Shown here: positions 9,656 to 18,718 of the stretch, piece after piece
How the letters are laid out: each line of letters opens with the position of its first letter
How positions within the stretch are numbered: the first letter of the stretch is position 1
Origin: Novosphingobium sp.
Lineage (GTDB): Bacteria; Pseudomonadota; Alphaproteobacteria; Sphingomonadales; Sphingomonadaceae
Assembly (NCBI GenBank): GCA_031428115.1
Contig: JANPOS010000070.1
Coordinates: 97,418-161,417 of the forward strand
Length of the DNA: 64,000 nucleotides
Direction of reading: 5' to 3'
Translations under genes and position numbers: made by a program
The notes under the pieces: model-generated
What the model was told of the DNA's origin: nothing
Database searches by the model: none
What the model saw: the letters and a program-made list of their open reading frames with translations, nothing else

Positions 9656-11823
9656 TGGGGTTCAAACGCAGGGCCTTCCTGATCGGCGGGGCGGCGATTG
9701 TCGGCGGCGGCATTTTCGCGCTGCAATACGGCGACTATGCGATGCGCCGCGATGCCGCCGCGCTGAGCCGGCGCGGCAATGCCGGCAGCTTCGGCGCCTG
9801 GCTGCATATCGGCGAGGATGACAGGGTTACCCTGCTCACGCCGCATATCGACATGGGCACCGGCACTCCCACGGCGCTCGCGCAGATGGCGGCGGAAGAA
9901 CTGGACGCCGACTGGGCGAAGATGGCAGTCGAAGCCGCCCCGGCCGAAAGTGCGTTCGGCAATGCCTGGCTGGCAAAGGGCTTCATTTCAGATGTTGCCA
10001 ACGATTCGGCGCTGGTCCGCTCGCTGCCCGCCTCGGTCTGGTCGCTGCTTGCGCGCAGTGTGGTGAACCAGATCACCGGGGGTTCCTCGGCGCTGCGCTT
10101 CACCGGGCAGCGCGGTATTCGCGTGCTGGCGGCGGCTACGCGTCTGGCGCTGATCGAGGAAGCGGCGGCGCGCCTCAATGTTCCCGCCAGCGAACTGACC
10201 ACCAAGGCGGGCCTCGTCAGCCACGCAGGTTCAAACCGCGCGCTGCGCTATGGCGAACTGGCGAAGGCGGCGGCGGAGCGCACGCTGTCCGCAGAGCCCA
10301 AGCTGAAGGCGGCCAAGGACTTCGCGCTGATCGGCACTTCGCCGGCCCGCTTCGATGTGCCGGGCAAAGTCGATGGCACTGCGCAATTCGGCATAGACTT
10401 TGTCCTGCCGGGAATGCGGGTGGCGACCGTGATGGCCGCGCCGGTTCGCGGCGGCAAGCTGGTGAAAGTCGATGCCGCGCCAGCCATGGCGATCAAGGGT
10501 GTCGAAAAGGTGGTGCAGCTTGAGGATGCCGTGGCAGTCATCGCCAGCGGCTACTGGTCTGCGCTGAAGGGCCTGCGCGCGCTTGACCCGCAGTTTTCGG
10601 ACGATGGCCATGGCGCGGTGGCAACGGCGGCGATGTTTGCCGAGCAGGAGCGGCTCTGTACCGAGGAACTGAAGGACTTCGCGCCGCCCGCCGGCAGCAG
10701 ACTGGTCGAAGCGGCCTACCGCGCGCCGTACCTGCACCACGCGATGATGGAGCCATTCGCGCTGACCGCGCATTACAAGGACGGCAAGCTCGATCTGTGG
10801 GGCGGCTTGCAGGACCCGCTGGGCAGCAAGCACGAGGCAGTCAAGCTCTCGGGGCTGGGTGACGACGCGGTGGCTTTCCATCCGATGCTGCTGGGCGGCG
10901 GGTTTGGCCGCAAACTGCCGGGACAGATCGAGATCATCGGCCAGGCGGTGAAACTGGCGATGGATTCCCCTCACCCGGTCAAGGTGATCTGGCCGCGCGA
11001 GGAAGAGGTCCGCCAAGGCACCTATCGCCCGCAAAGCGCCGTGCGCTTCAAATGCGCACTCGGAGCCGATGGCAAGATCGCGGCCTGGCGCAGTGCCTTT
11101 TCGCAAACCAAGGGCTTCGAGGCCGGAGCGCCGCTGCTCTATGATCTGCCGGAAGCCGAGAACACCCACGCCGAGCACAAAGCCCATGTGATCATCGGCT
11201 CATGGCGCTCGGTCGAAGCCTCGCAGCATGGCTTTTTCAACGAATGCATGATCGACGAACTGGCCCAGGCCGCCGGCGCGGACCCGATCGCCTTCCGCAA
11301 GGCCCATCTGGCGAAGAATTCGCGCGCGCATGCCGTGCTCGATGCGGTGGCCAGGGCATCGGGCTGGGGCGCGCCGCTGCCGGAGGGCACCGGGCGCGGG
11401 GTCGCGGTGGTCGAAAGCTTCGGCACGGTCTGCGCGCAGGTTGTCCAGGTGAGCCTGCGCGAGGATGGCTATCCCCGCGTCGAGAAAGTCTGGGCGGCGG
11501 TCGATTGCGGGCAAGTGGTCAATCCGCGAGGTGCCGAGGCGCAAGTCATGGGCGGCATCGTCATGGGGCTTTCGGCGGCGATCCATGAGGAGATCACCAT
11601 CGACAAAGGCGCCGTGGTGCAATCGAGCTTCAATGACTATCCACTGCTGACGCTGGCCGAGACACCGCAAATCGCGGTCGAATTCGTCGCCAGCACTGCG
11701 CCGATGGGTGGGCTCGGCGAGCCGGGCTTGCCCCCCGCCGCGCCGGCGCTGGCCAATGCCTTGTTCGCCGCCACGGCCAGGCGTGTACGCACCTTGCCGA
11801 TCCGGGCGCAGGCCGGGGCCTGA
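9655..11823 (+). CDS. molybdopterin-binding large subunit (isoquinoline 1-oxidoreductase beta / xanthine dehydrogenase family), Tat signal
   Basis: The in-frame ATG at 9655 gives [23 protein letters not shown] (twin-arginine signal). It is about 720 aa with the XDH-family C-terminus MGGLGEPGLPPAAPALANA. Confidence 0.88.
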   Translation: MGFKRRAFLIGGAAIVGGGIFALQYGDYAMRRDAAALSRRGNAGSFGAWLHIGEDDRVTLLTPHIDMGTGTPTALAQMAAEELDADWAKMAVEAAPAESAFGNAWLAKGFISDVANDSALVRSLPASVWSLLARSVVNQITGGSSALRFTGQRGIRVLAAATRLALIEEAAARLNVPASELTTKAGLVSHAGSNRALRYGELAKAAAERTLSAEPKLKAAKDFALIGTSPARFDVPGKVDGTAQFGIDFVLPGMRVATVMAAPVRGGKLVKVDAAPAMAIKGVEKVVQLEDAVAVIASGYWSALKGLRALDPQFSDDGHGAVATAAMFAEQERLCTEELKDFAPPAGSRLVEAAYRAPYLHHAMMEPFALTAHYKDGKLDLWGGLQDPLGSKHEAVKLSGLGDDAVAFHPMLLGGGFGRKLPGQIEIIGQAVKLAMDSPHPVKVIWPREEEVRQGTYRPQSAVRFKCALGADGKIAAWRSAFSQTKGFEAGAPLLYDLPEAENTHAEHKAHVIIGSWRSVEASQHGFFNECMIDELAQAAGADPIAFRKAHLAKNSRAHAVLDAVARASGWGAPLPEGTGRGVAVVESFGTVCAQVVQVSLREDGYPRVEKVWAAVDCGQVVNPRGAEAQVMGGIVMGLSAAIHEEITIDKGAVVQSSFNDYPLLTLAETPQIAVEFVASTAPMGGLGEPGLPPAAPALANALFAATARRVRTLPIRAQAGA

Positions 11824-11825
11824 CG

Positions 11826-12092
11826 ATGGCACGGAGCAAACAGGTTGCCGCAGCAGCGGACCGCGCGATCCGCCTCGAGGCCGAGCTGGAGGCATCGAGC
11901 GATGCAGCAATTGAGGGTAATGCGCTGGAACGCGCCCGGGCCATCCTCCACGAATGGGTTGACAGCGTCACTGGGGTCGTCGCCACCCCCGGCGTCAGCC
12001 GGGTGCTGCTGATCCATGAGGGCGGCGGCGAATCGCGGATTTCCTCGCCCAGCCTGCCAATCCGGCTCGCCCCGCCGGTGCGCTGGGATTGA
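11826..12092 (+). CDS. hypothetical small protein, possibly coupled to the molybdoenzyme genes
   Basis: The ATG lies 2 nt after the iorB-like stop. The composition is not Arg/Pro-skewed, unlike the antisense ORFs here. I recognise no domain. Confidence 0.35.
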   Translation: MARSKQVAAAADRAIRLEAELEASSDAAIEGNALERARAILHEWVDSVTGVVATPGVSRVLLIHEGGGESRISSPSLPIRLAPPVRWD

Positions 12093-12160
12093 CCTAGTGT
12101 TCAGCAGGCCTAGGGTGATTCATCGCTCCGCGCAGACGGAGACCAAACCGGAGACGTGAC

Positions 12161-13345
12161 ATGGCCGAAGCCGATTTTGACGTAAACCGCGCCTTCGAGG
12201 CGGAACCCCGCGTTGCCGACTATGTCGTCGATGCTGACGTTCACGTCACCCCGCCGCCGACCTTCTGGGCGGAATATCTCTCGCCGCAATTCCGCGAGCT
12301 CGCACCCAAAGTGGAGAGCGAAGATGACGCGGACTATATCGTCTTCGAAGGCAGCCGCCGCGCGGTCAACCTGATGCAGAGCCAGGCCGGGCGCACTTTC
12401 GACAAATACAAGAATTCGGGCAAACTTTCCGACATGCGCAGCGGCGGCTGGATGGTCGGCGCGCGGCTCGACGACATGGACCGCGACGGCATCGACAAAG
12501 CCGTGTGCTTCGGCGGCGGACCGCTGGGATCGGGCAATCTCGAACTCTATCTCGACAGCTTCGAGGCCTTCAACCGCTGGCAGTCCGATTTCTGCGCCGA
12601 TTCCAATGGCCGGATGTATGCCTGCGCCTACCTCACCACGATCGATGTCGATCTCACGGTCAAAGGCATGCGCTCAGCCAAAGCCCGCGGCGATGTCGCG
12701 GTGAACCTGCCCGCCTTTCCGCAATCGGCCAGCCAGTTTACCAAGGAAGGCGCGGTGTGGCAGGCGATGACCGGCGATGCGAACGGCCCTCGCCAGTATC
12801 GCGACCCGGAATTCGACGCAATCTGGGCGGCGGCGGTCGAGCTGGATATTGCCATCACCTTCCACCTCGGCGCGCGCACCAGCCGCTTCAAGGACAAGAC
12901 CAATTTCCTGCCCGACATTCCGATGGGCAAGACCGCGATGCTCGAGCCGGTCAACATCATGCTCTATTCGGGCGTGTTTGACCGCTTCCCGGGCCTGCGC
13001 CTCGGCCTCATCGAAAGCGGCGTGGGCTGGATCCCGTGGGCCTGCGAATACATGGACCGCACCTGGGAAATGCAGCGCCACTGGACCGAATGCGCGATTT
13101 TGAACCCGCCCAGCTTCTATTTCGACCAGAACGTCTATGCCTCGTTCATCAGCGATCCGGTGGGCGTCGAACTGCGCCACAAGCCGGGCGCCAAGAACAT
13201 CATGTGGTCTTCGGACTACCCCCATTCGGAAACCACGTTCCCGCATTCGCACAAAGTGATCGCCCAGAATTTCAAGGGCGTTCCCGATGCCGAGCGCGAC
13301 TGGATCATCGCGGGCTGCGCGGAGGAGTTTTTCGGTCTGGCTTAA
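12161..13345 (+). CDS. amidohydrolase family protein (amidohydrolase_2), paralogous in type to 7700-9007
   Basis: It has VVDADVHVTPP at the N-terminus and IMWSSDYPHSE near the C-terminus. Confidence 0.8.
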   Translation: MAEADFDVNRAFEAEPRVADYVVDADVHVTPPPTFWAEYLSPQFRELAPKVESEDDADYIVFEGSRRAVNLMQSQAGRTFDKYKNSGKLSDMRSGGWMVGARLDDMDRDGIDKAVCFGGGPLGSGNLELYLDSFEAFNRWQSDFCADSNGRMYACAYLTTIDVDLTVKGMRSAKARGDVAVNLPAFPQSASQFTKEGAVWQAMTGDANGPRQYRDPEFDAIWAAAVELDIAITFHLGARTSRFKDKTNFLPDIPMGKTAMLEPVNIMLYSGVFDRFPGLRLGLIESGVGWIPWACEYMDRTWEMQRHWTECAILNPPSFYFDQNVYASFISDPVGVELRHKPGAKNIMWSSDYPHSETTFPHSHKVIAQNFKGVPDAERDWIIAGCAEEFFGLA

Positions 13346-14700
13346 GCAGCGCCCAGCCAGCGCGCAGCCGCTGGCAGGCGGGGCAGCAGCAGCCGATCGA
13401 ACAGCCAGAGCACGGCAAGCGAAAGCGCGAACAACGGCAGCAGCACTGCAAGGAGCGCGCCGGCGACGAGCAGCGAGCGCGGCTTCGGCAAGTTCGCAGG
13501 CAGCGGCGGGGCGCCAAGCATGTCGGCAGGCTTGCGCCTGCGCCACATGATGAAACCACTGACCGTGATCGTCACCAGCATCAGCGCGGTGAGCAGGCCG
13601 ACCAGCTGGTTTACCCAGCCGAAAAGCTGCCCTTCGTGCCAGGCGACGCCATAGCCGACCGCCCGGTCGATCACATGTTTGTCGGCAAAGCCATCACGCG
13701 AGACTTCGCGGCCCGTTGTGGCATCGTAGAGAATGGTTACGCGCAACGGGCGGTTCTGCGCGTCGGATTTGATCGCCCAATGCGGGCTGGCCTTGCCGCC
13801 CTCTCCTCCCATCGCCGCCTTCGCGCCCGGCGGAACGATCAGGACGGGGAAGGCCAGCTGCTCGGCCGCAGCGCGCTGGACCATCGCGTCGAGCATGGGC
13901 GGCGATGCGCCGTGCGCGTGGCTTTGCGCTGCGCCCCGGGTGATGGCGGCGTGATCGTGCCCGGTATGCAGGTCGCTGCCACCCGGCGCTTTTCCGCCAA
14001 TCGTCCAGTCCTGCGCGCCTTTCACCAAGCCCATTTCGGCGCGCGCGGCCTTGAAGGCAGCGCCCCAGACATCGGCCCACGGCAGCCCGGTCAACAACAG
14101 TATCAGCGCAAGGCCGGATACCCAGAAACCGGTCACTGCGTGCAAATCGCGCCAGAAATGTCGCTTGCCGCTGCGCAGGCGAGGCCAGACCACTCCGGCA
14201 AGCCCGCCAGTTCGCGGCCACCACAGGCAGAGCCCGGTCACGATCATGACGATAGCCCAGCTTGCCGCCAGTTCGACCAGCCAGGAGCCGCGCTGGCCCA
14301 GCAGCAATTGTCCGTGAATTCGCCGGACAAATTCAATGATCCGCGAATCGGGATCAAAGCTGCCCAGGACCGCGCCTTGCGGTGCCACGAAGACATCGCG
14401 CATCGTGCCATCGGCAAGGGCGAGATGCAGCATCGGTGCATCGCCGGCGGTTTCGGGCATCCGGTAACTCGCCAGCCGCGCTCCGGGGAACTGCGCCAGC
14501 CCGGCGGCAAGTTGCGCGCTGGGACTGACCGCGCCCGCGATTGCCAGGCCCTGAAACGACCGTTCTTCCCAGCGTTCAATCTGCGGTTTGAACAGATAGG
14601 CTGCTCCCGTCAGCGCCAGCAAGGTTACCACCGGCAGCACCAGCAGGCCGGCATAGAAATGCCAGCGCCAGATCGTCTGATAGAGTGTGGTCTTGTCCAT
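13342..14700 (-). CDS. PepSY-associated TM helix protein (PiuB-like iron-regulated membrane protein)
   Basis: The N-terminus LYQTIWRWHFYAGLLVLPV, the repeated TM segments and HxxxGxW-type motifs (HAVTGFWVSG, WHEGQLFGW) are typical of this family. It lies 2 nt downstream of the TonB receptor. Confidence 0.85.
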   Translation of the reverse strand: MDKTTLYQTIWRWHFYAGLLVLPVVTLLALTGAAYLFKPQIERWEERSFQGLAIAGAVSPSAQLAAGLAQFPGARLASYRMPETAGDAPMLHLALADGTMRDVFVAPQGAVLGSFDPDSRIIEFVRRIHGQLLLGQRGSWLVELAASWAIVMIVTGLCLWWPRTGGLAGVVWPRLRSGKRHFWRDLHAVTGFWVSGLALILLLTGLPWADVWGAAFKAARAEMGLVKGAQDWTIGGKAPGGSDLHTGHDHAAITRGAAQSHAHGASPPMLDAMVQRAAAEQLAFPVLIVPPGAKAAMGGEGGKASPHWAIKSDAQNRPLRVTILYDATTGREVSRDGFADKHVIDRAVGYGVAWHEGQLFGWVNQLVGLLTALMLVTITVSGFIMWRRRKPADMLGAPPLPANLPKPRSLLVAGALLAVLLPLFALSLAVLWLFDRLLLPRLPAAARWLGAA

Positions 14701-14702
14701 GA

Positions 14703-17021
14703 TCAGAGCTTCCAGCCGAGTTCGAGGAGGAAGGTTCGCTGCGGAAAAGGATGAAACACCCAGGCCTTGTTGCCCGTGATGTTGTCAACGCCCGCCGAAG
14801 CCCGGATGTTTTCAGTCACATCCAAGTTCACTCGCGCATCGAGCGCGAAGAGTTCGGAGGTGAAGCCGAATGTATCGCCGCGCTGCAGGCCGAACAGGTC
14901 GGTATTGGGCCGCGTCGCAAAGCGCATACCGAGCGAGGCCTGCGCCACATCTGAAATGTCATAGCGCACATTGCCGCCCAGCCGCCATTTGGGAATACGC
15001 GGAAACTGCACCCCCTCGGCCGCGGTATTGGCCGGATTGCGCAAGGTCTTGCTGTCGATATAGGCGGCGTTCGCCTCGATCGTCATGCCTGCCACCGGCC
15101 AGTTCCTGGTTTCCGCGATCAGCTCAAGGCCGAACTGGCGGGTCAGGTCGATGTTCTTGTAGGACGAGGTCGCGACGCTGTTCTGGTTGAAGCCGATGAA
15201 CTGGAACAGTGTGTTGCGCACCCGCTGATAGAAGGCGGAACCAGTCAACTTGATGCTGCCGAAGTCGTGCCTGACCAGCAGGTTCGCATCAAGGCTCCGC
15301 TCCGGCTTGAGGCCGGGATCGAAGCTGTTGATGTTGAATGTCCCGTCGCCGTCGAGGCTGCCCTGGAACAGTTCGCCGGCCGTGGGAAAGCGGGTCGCCG
15401 TGGCAAGGCTCACTTGCGCCAATGTGCCGCCGGGGAGCTCGAATTGCGCCGACAGCGACGGATTGACCGCCGTCTCCTGGCGCGCGGCATAGCCATTGAA
15501 GATCTGCCGGCCAGCCAGAACCCCGGTGCCCAGCCGGCCCAGTCCGCCAGCATAGGCCCGCCAGTCATCAAAGCGCAGGCCAAACGCGAGACTTGCCGTG
15601 TCCGACAAATGAAAAACGTCCTCCGCCCAGGCCGACAGGATGCGGGTCTTGCCGTAAGTCTCGGTGGCAAAGGCCTTGCCAGCTTTGCTCTGCCAGGCCG
15701 CCAGGGACGTGCGCAGCGTAGCGGTCTGGTAGAGACTGGCGGAGAGGCCGAAGGCAAAGTCGTTGCGGCCGGTCTTGTGCTCGATGATCAGATCGCCGGT
15801 GTACCAGCCGGTCGGTCCGGCCTCGCTCAGCGTGCCAGCGCCATTGCTGCGTCCCGCGACATACCCGTTCGAGGCAAACCCGTCTGACCTGGCAACCTGA
15901 TATGTCGAAAGTGCTGCCCGCGCCTTCCAGTTCCCGCCGAGCGGTGCGGCAAGTTTGATTCCGGCAAGGTATTCGTTGCGGACCGTGCGCGAGAAATTGG
16001 CCCCCGCCGCAGTATAGGTCTGCGCGCCGATCGTCACCCGGCCCTCGCACACCACCTTGCCCGCGCCGTCGCGCAGATAGCAGTCCGGGGCGGTCTGGCT
16101 GTCCTGGTTGTGCCAGAATGCGAACAGGAACTGGCCGGTGACGTTGCCGTCGTCATAGCCAAGCTTGAGCTTGGCCTGCGCTTGCGTGATCGCGGCTGGC
16201 GATTGCGCGGCAAAATAGGGGTTGCTCGCCGTGCCCGAAGCACCCGGAATGCCGGTGCCCGCTGCGGCTGCGCGCAGATGTTCAGGATCGACAATCGCGC
16301 CGGTCACGGTGGTGCCGGCCGCCCCGGTCACCGGGCTGAGGCCAAGAAAGGTCATCGGCTGGCCGTCATTGCGGAAATAGCGCCCGGTGAGGCGCACCGA
16401 GAAAGGCCCATCCTGCTGTTTCAGGCCGAATCCGGCTTCGGCGCTGCCGCCCCAGTAGTCGGCGTTCGTGCCAAAATCGCGGTAGGGCTGGGCCATGCCC
16501 TGAAGCTTGACGAAGGCTTCGGTTTCCTGGGGATCGCGCGTGGTGATATTGATGATGCCGCCCATCGAATTGCCGACATAGCGCGGTGAATAGGGGCCAT
16601 AGACGATGTCGAACTGCTTGACCTCGCCCGGCCCGACGACGCCCCATTTGGGCGAGAAACTGAACGAATTACCGAGGAAGTTGGAGACGACGAAACCGTC
16701 CACCATCACCAGCGTGCGCGCGCTTTGCGTGGAATGGGTGCCGCGAAAGCCCGGCACGCCGTTGCTGTCGCCCGAATAGCGTTTGCGCACGAAGAAGTTG
16801 GGCGCATATTTCATCAGGTCTTCGGTGTTGAAGGCATTGATCGCACTGAATTGTTCGTCGCCAAGGCTGACGGCGAGCCCGCGCGGCTCGATTTCGATTG
16901 GCGCATCGCGCTGGCCGACAACGAGAATCGGCGCGCCCGGGGCTGCACCGGCTGCCTCATCGGCAACTGCCGGTGTGTTCACGGCAAGCGAAGCCGAAAG
17001 CGCGGCAAGGGAAATTTTCAT
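14703..17021 (-). CDS. TonB-dependent receptor
   Basis: It has a signal peptide (MKISLAALSASLAVNTPAVA), a plug region (VMVDGFVVSN, GGIINITTR) and the C-terminal beta-barrel ending LLELGWKL. The start could instead be 17042. Confidence 0.9.
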   Translation of the reverse strand: MKISLAALSASLAVNTPAVADEAAGAAPGAPILVVGQRDAPIEIEPRGLAVSLGDEQFSAINAFNTEDLMKYAPNFFVRKRYSGDSNGVPGFRGTHSTQSARTLVMVDGFVVSNFLGNSFSFSPKWGVVGPGEVKQFDIVYGPYSPRYVGNSMGGIINITTRDPQETEAFVKLQGMAQPYRDFGTNADYWGGSAEAGFGLKQQDGPFSVRLTGRYFRNDGQPMTFLGLSPVTGAAGTTVTGAIVDPEHLRAAAAGTGIPGASGTASNPYFAAQSPAAITQAQAKLKLGYDDGNVTGQFLFAFWHNQDSQTAPDCYLRDGAGKVVCEGRVTIGAQTYTAAGANFSRTVRNEYLAGIKLAAPLGGNWKARAALSTYQVARSDGFASNGYVAGRSNGAGTLSEAGPTGWYTGDLIIEHKTGRNDFAFGLSASLYQTATLRTSLAAWQSKAGKAFATETYGKTRILSAWAEDVFHLSDTASLAFGLRFDDWRAYAGGLGRLGTGVLAGRQIFNGYAARQETAVNPSLSAQFELPGGTLAQVSLATATRFPTAGELFQGSLDGDGTFNINSFDPGLKPERSLDANLLVRHDFGSIKLTGSAFYQRVRNTLFQFIGFNQNSVATSSYKNIDLTRQFGLELIAETRNWPVAGMTIEANAAYIDSKTLRNPANTAAEGVQFPRIPKWRLGGNVRYDISDVAQASLGMRFATRPNTDLFGLQRGDTFGFTSELFALDARVNLDVTENIRASAGVDNITGNKAWVFHPFPQRTFLLELGWKL

Positions 17022-17105
17022 AGGAAACGAGCACCTGTGCATGGGGTCTGCGGACTCGCCGGGGCGGTCGCTGAGTGTTCCCGCCGGGGCGGGAGGTTCA
17101 CATGT

Positions 17106-17537
17106 TCAGACGGTGCAAGGTGGTCCGCGCAGCGGTGGTCGCAAGTGGGCCTGCGCGGATGCCGGGGGCGGCGTCGCAGCAATCACCACGGCGACAAGCA
17201 GGAAGGCAAGCGCCAGCGCGAGCAGAGGCGCATCGGCCCCGCCAAGCGATGCCATCGCCAGCGCGGAGAATGCGCATGGGCCCGCTGACTTGCCGTGTTC
17301 GCCGCCAGCCGGGGCAGGTTCGCCCTGCATTGGAATGGCGATCTGGCGAAGCTCAGCGCCGTCCGAGGCATCGGCGCAGATCGAAACGCTGAGCAGCTGC
17401 GCGCCCGGCAGTGCCATGTAACCTGCCGGGACCACCGCCTTCATCGCCAGCGCGCAGACCAGCAGCAGCGAGGCCAGAGCGCGATTACGGTAAAGCAAGG
17501 TGCGAAGCAGCTGCATCGCCGGCGCGACTAACTGCAT
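17106..17537 (-). CDS. DUF2946-like small membrane/periplasmic protein
   Basis: It is about 140 aa with a hydrophobic N-terminus and an internal Cys/His/Met-containing segment. Its position directly upstream of a TonB receptor plus PepSY gene is the usual DUF2946 context. An alternative ATG lies at 17516. Confidence 0.6.
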   Translation of the reverse strand: MQLVAPAMQLLRTLLYRNRALASLLLVCALAMKAVVPAGYMALPGAQLLSVSICADASDGAELRQIAIPMQGEPAPAGGEHGKSAGPCAFSALAMASLGGADAPLLALALAFLLVAVVIAATPPPASAQAHLRPPLRGPPCTV

Positions 17538-17559
17538 CGGCGCGGCTTGTCATGTAATT

Positions 17560-17644
17560 TGGTGCGGACGGCGGGACTTGAACCCGCACGAGCAAAGCTC
17601 AGGGGATTTTAAGTCCCCGGCGTCTACCATTCCGCCACGTCCGC
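17560..17644 (-). tRNA. tRNA-Leu (anticodon TAA)
   Basis: The minus-strand read is GCGGACGTGGCGGAATGGTAGACGC...GGGGACTTAAAATCCCC...GGGTTCAAGTCCCGCCGTCCGCACCA. It has a 7-bp acceptor stem, a long variable arm, anticodon loop CTTAAAA and an encoded CCA. Confidence 0.93.
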
Positions 17645-17673
17645 AAGCTGATGACAAGGCCTGGCACAAAGTC

Positions 17674-17747
17674 TGGAGCGGGTAAGGGGAATCGAACCCC
17701 TCTAGCTAGCTTGGAAGGCTAGTGCATTACCACTATGCTATACCCGC
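17674..17747 (-). tRNA. tRNA-Gly (anticodon TCC)
   Basis: The minus-strand read is GCGGGTATAGCATAGTGGTAATGCACTAGCCTTCCAAGCTAGCTAGAGGGGTTCGATTCCCCTTACCCGCTCCA. It folds as a cloverleaf with anticodon loop CTTCCAA. Confidence 0.93.
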
Positions 17748-17912
17748 CCGTCCGGCCTTGCAGCTGCGCACCTATGCGTCAGAGCGCGATGCTGGTCAAT
17801 CGTCCCGGAACGGCGCGGTTTGTGATCCTGCGGCCGTCGGGCTTTACTTGGCCCTTTGCTTGAGACACCTTCCGCCCGCGCCATCGTGTCTGGCGGAAAA
17901 CAGGAGGGGTCG

Positions 17913-18617
17913 ATGCGCAATACAAATTCCTTGCTAGCCGAGGCTTTCGGCACATTCTGGCTGGTTTTCGGTGGCTGCGGCAGCGCGGTGCTGTCAGCGG
18001 CGTTTCCCGAGGTGGGCATCGGCCTGCTCGGCGTCAGCTTCGCTTTCGGGCTTGCGGTGCTGACCATGGCTTACGCGGTCGGGCATGTTTCGGGCGGCCA
18101 TTTCAATCCGGCGGTGACTGTCGGGCTGTGGGCCGGCGGCCGGTTTCCCGCGCGCGACATCGCGCCCTATATCCTCGCGCAAGTCGTCGGCGGGATCCTG
18201 GCGGCCTTTGCGCTCTATGCCATCGCCAGTGGCAAGCCAGGCTGGGATCTGGCCGCCAGCGGCCTCGCCAGCAATGGCCATGGCGCGCATTCGCCAGGCG
18301 GCTTCAGCCTTGGCGCTGCGCTGCTCGCCGAAGTCCTGCTGACGGGCTTCTTCCTGTTCATCATCATGGGCTCGACCCACGGCAGGGCGGCAGCGGCCTT
18401 TGCCCCGATCGCCATCGGCCTGGCCTTGACGCTGATCCACCTGATCTCGATTCCCGTGACCAACACCTCGGTCAATCCCGCGCGCAGCACGGGTCCGGCG
18501 CTGGTCGAAGGCGGGATCGCGCTCCAGCAACTGTGGCTGTTCTGGGTGGCGCCCCTGATCGGCGGGGTGCTTGGCGGCTGGCTGTATCGCCGCCTGATTG
18601 CCCCGAACGACGATTGA
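17913..18617 (+). CDS. aqpZ: aquaporin Z
   Basis: It has two NPA boxes ([18 protein letters not shown]). The ATG at 17913 is preceded by AGGAGGGG. Confidence 0.93.
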   Translation: MRNTNSLLAEAFGTFWLVFGGCGSAVLSAAFPEVGIGLLGVSFAFGLAVLTMAYAVGHVSGGHFNPAVTVGLWAGGRFPARDIAPYILAQVVGGILAAFALYAIASGKPGWDLAASGLASNGHGAHSPGGFSLGAALLAEVLLTGFFLFIIMGSTHGRAAAAFAPIAIGLALTLIHLISIPVTNTSVNPARSTGPALVEGGIALQQLWLFWVAPLIGGVLGGWLYRRLIAPNDD

Positions 18618-18718
18618 TCGCACCGCGCCCTTGCGGGTCATCCCGCAGGGGCCGTGTAATACAATCGTCAGGTCCTGCATGATATAGGCCAATTTGCCAT
18701 GACTGGCGGAGGTCTATC

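Noticed and set aside
11630-12017. The minus-strand ORFs 11630-11986 and 11637-12017, considered as alternatives to the 88-aa plus-strand ORF after the molybdoenzyme genes.
   Set aside because: They overlap the end of the iorB-like gene and have skewed Arg/Ala/Cys composition. The plus-strand ORF is better placed, though still low confidence.
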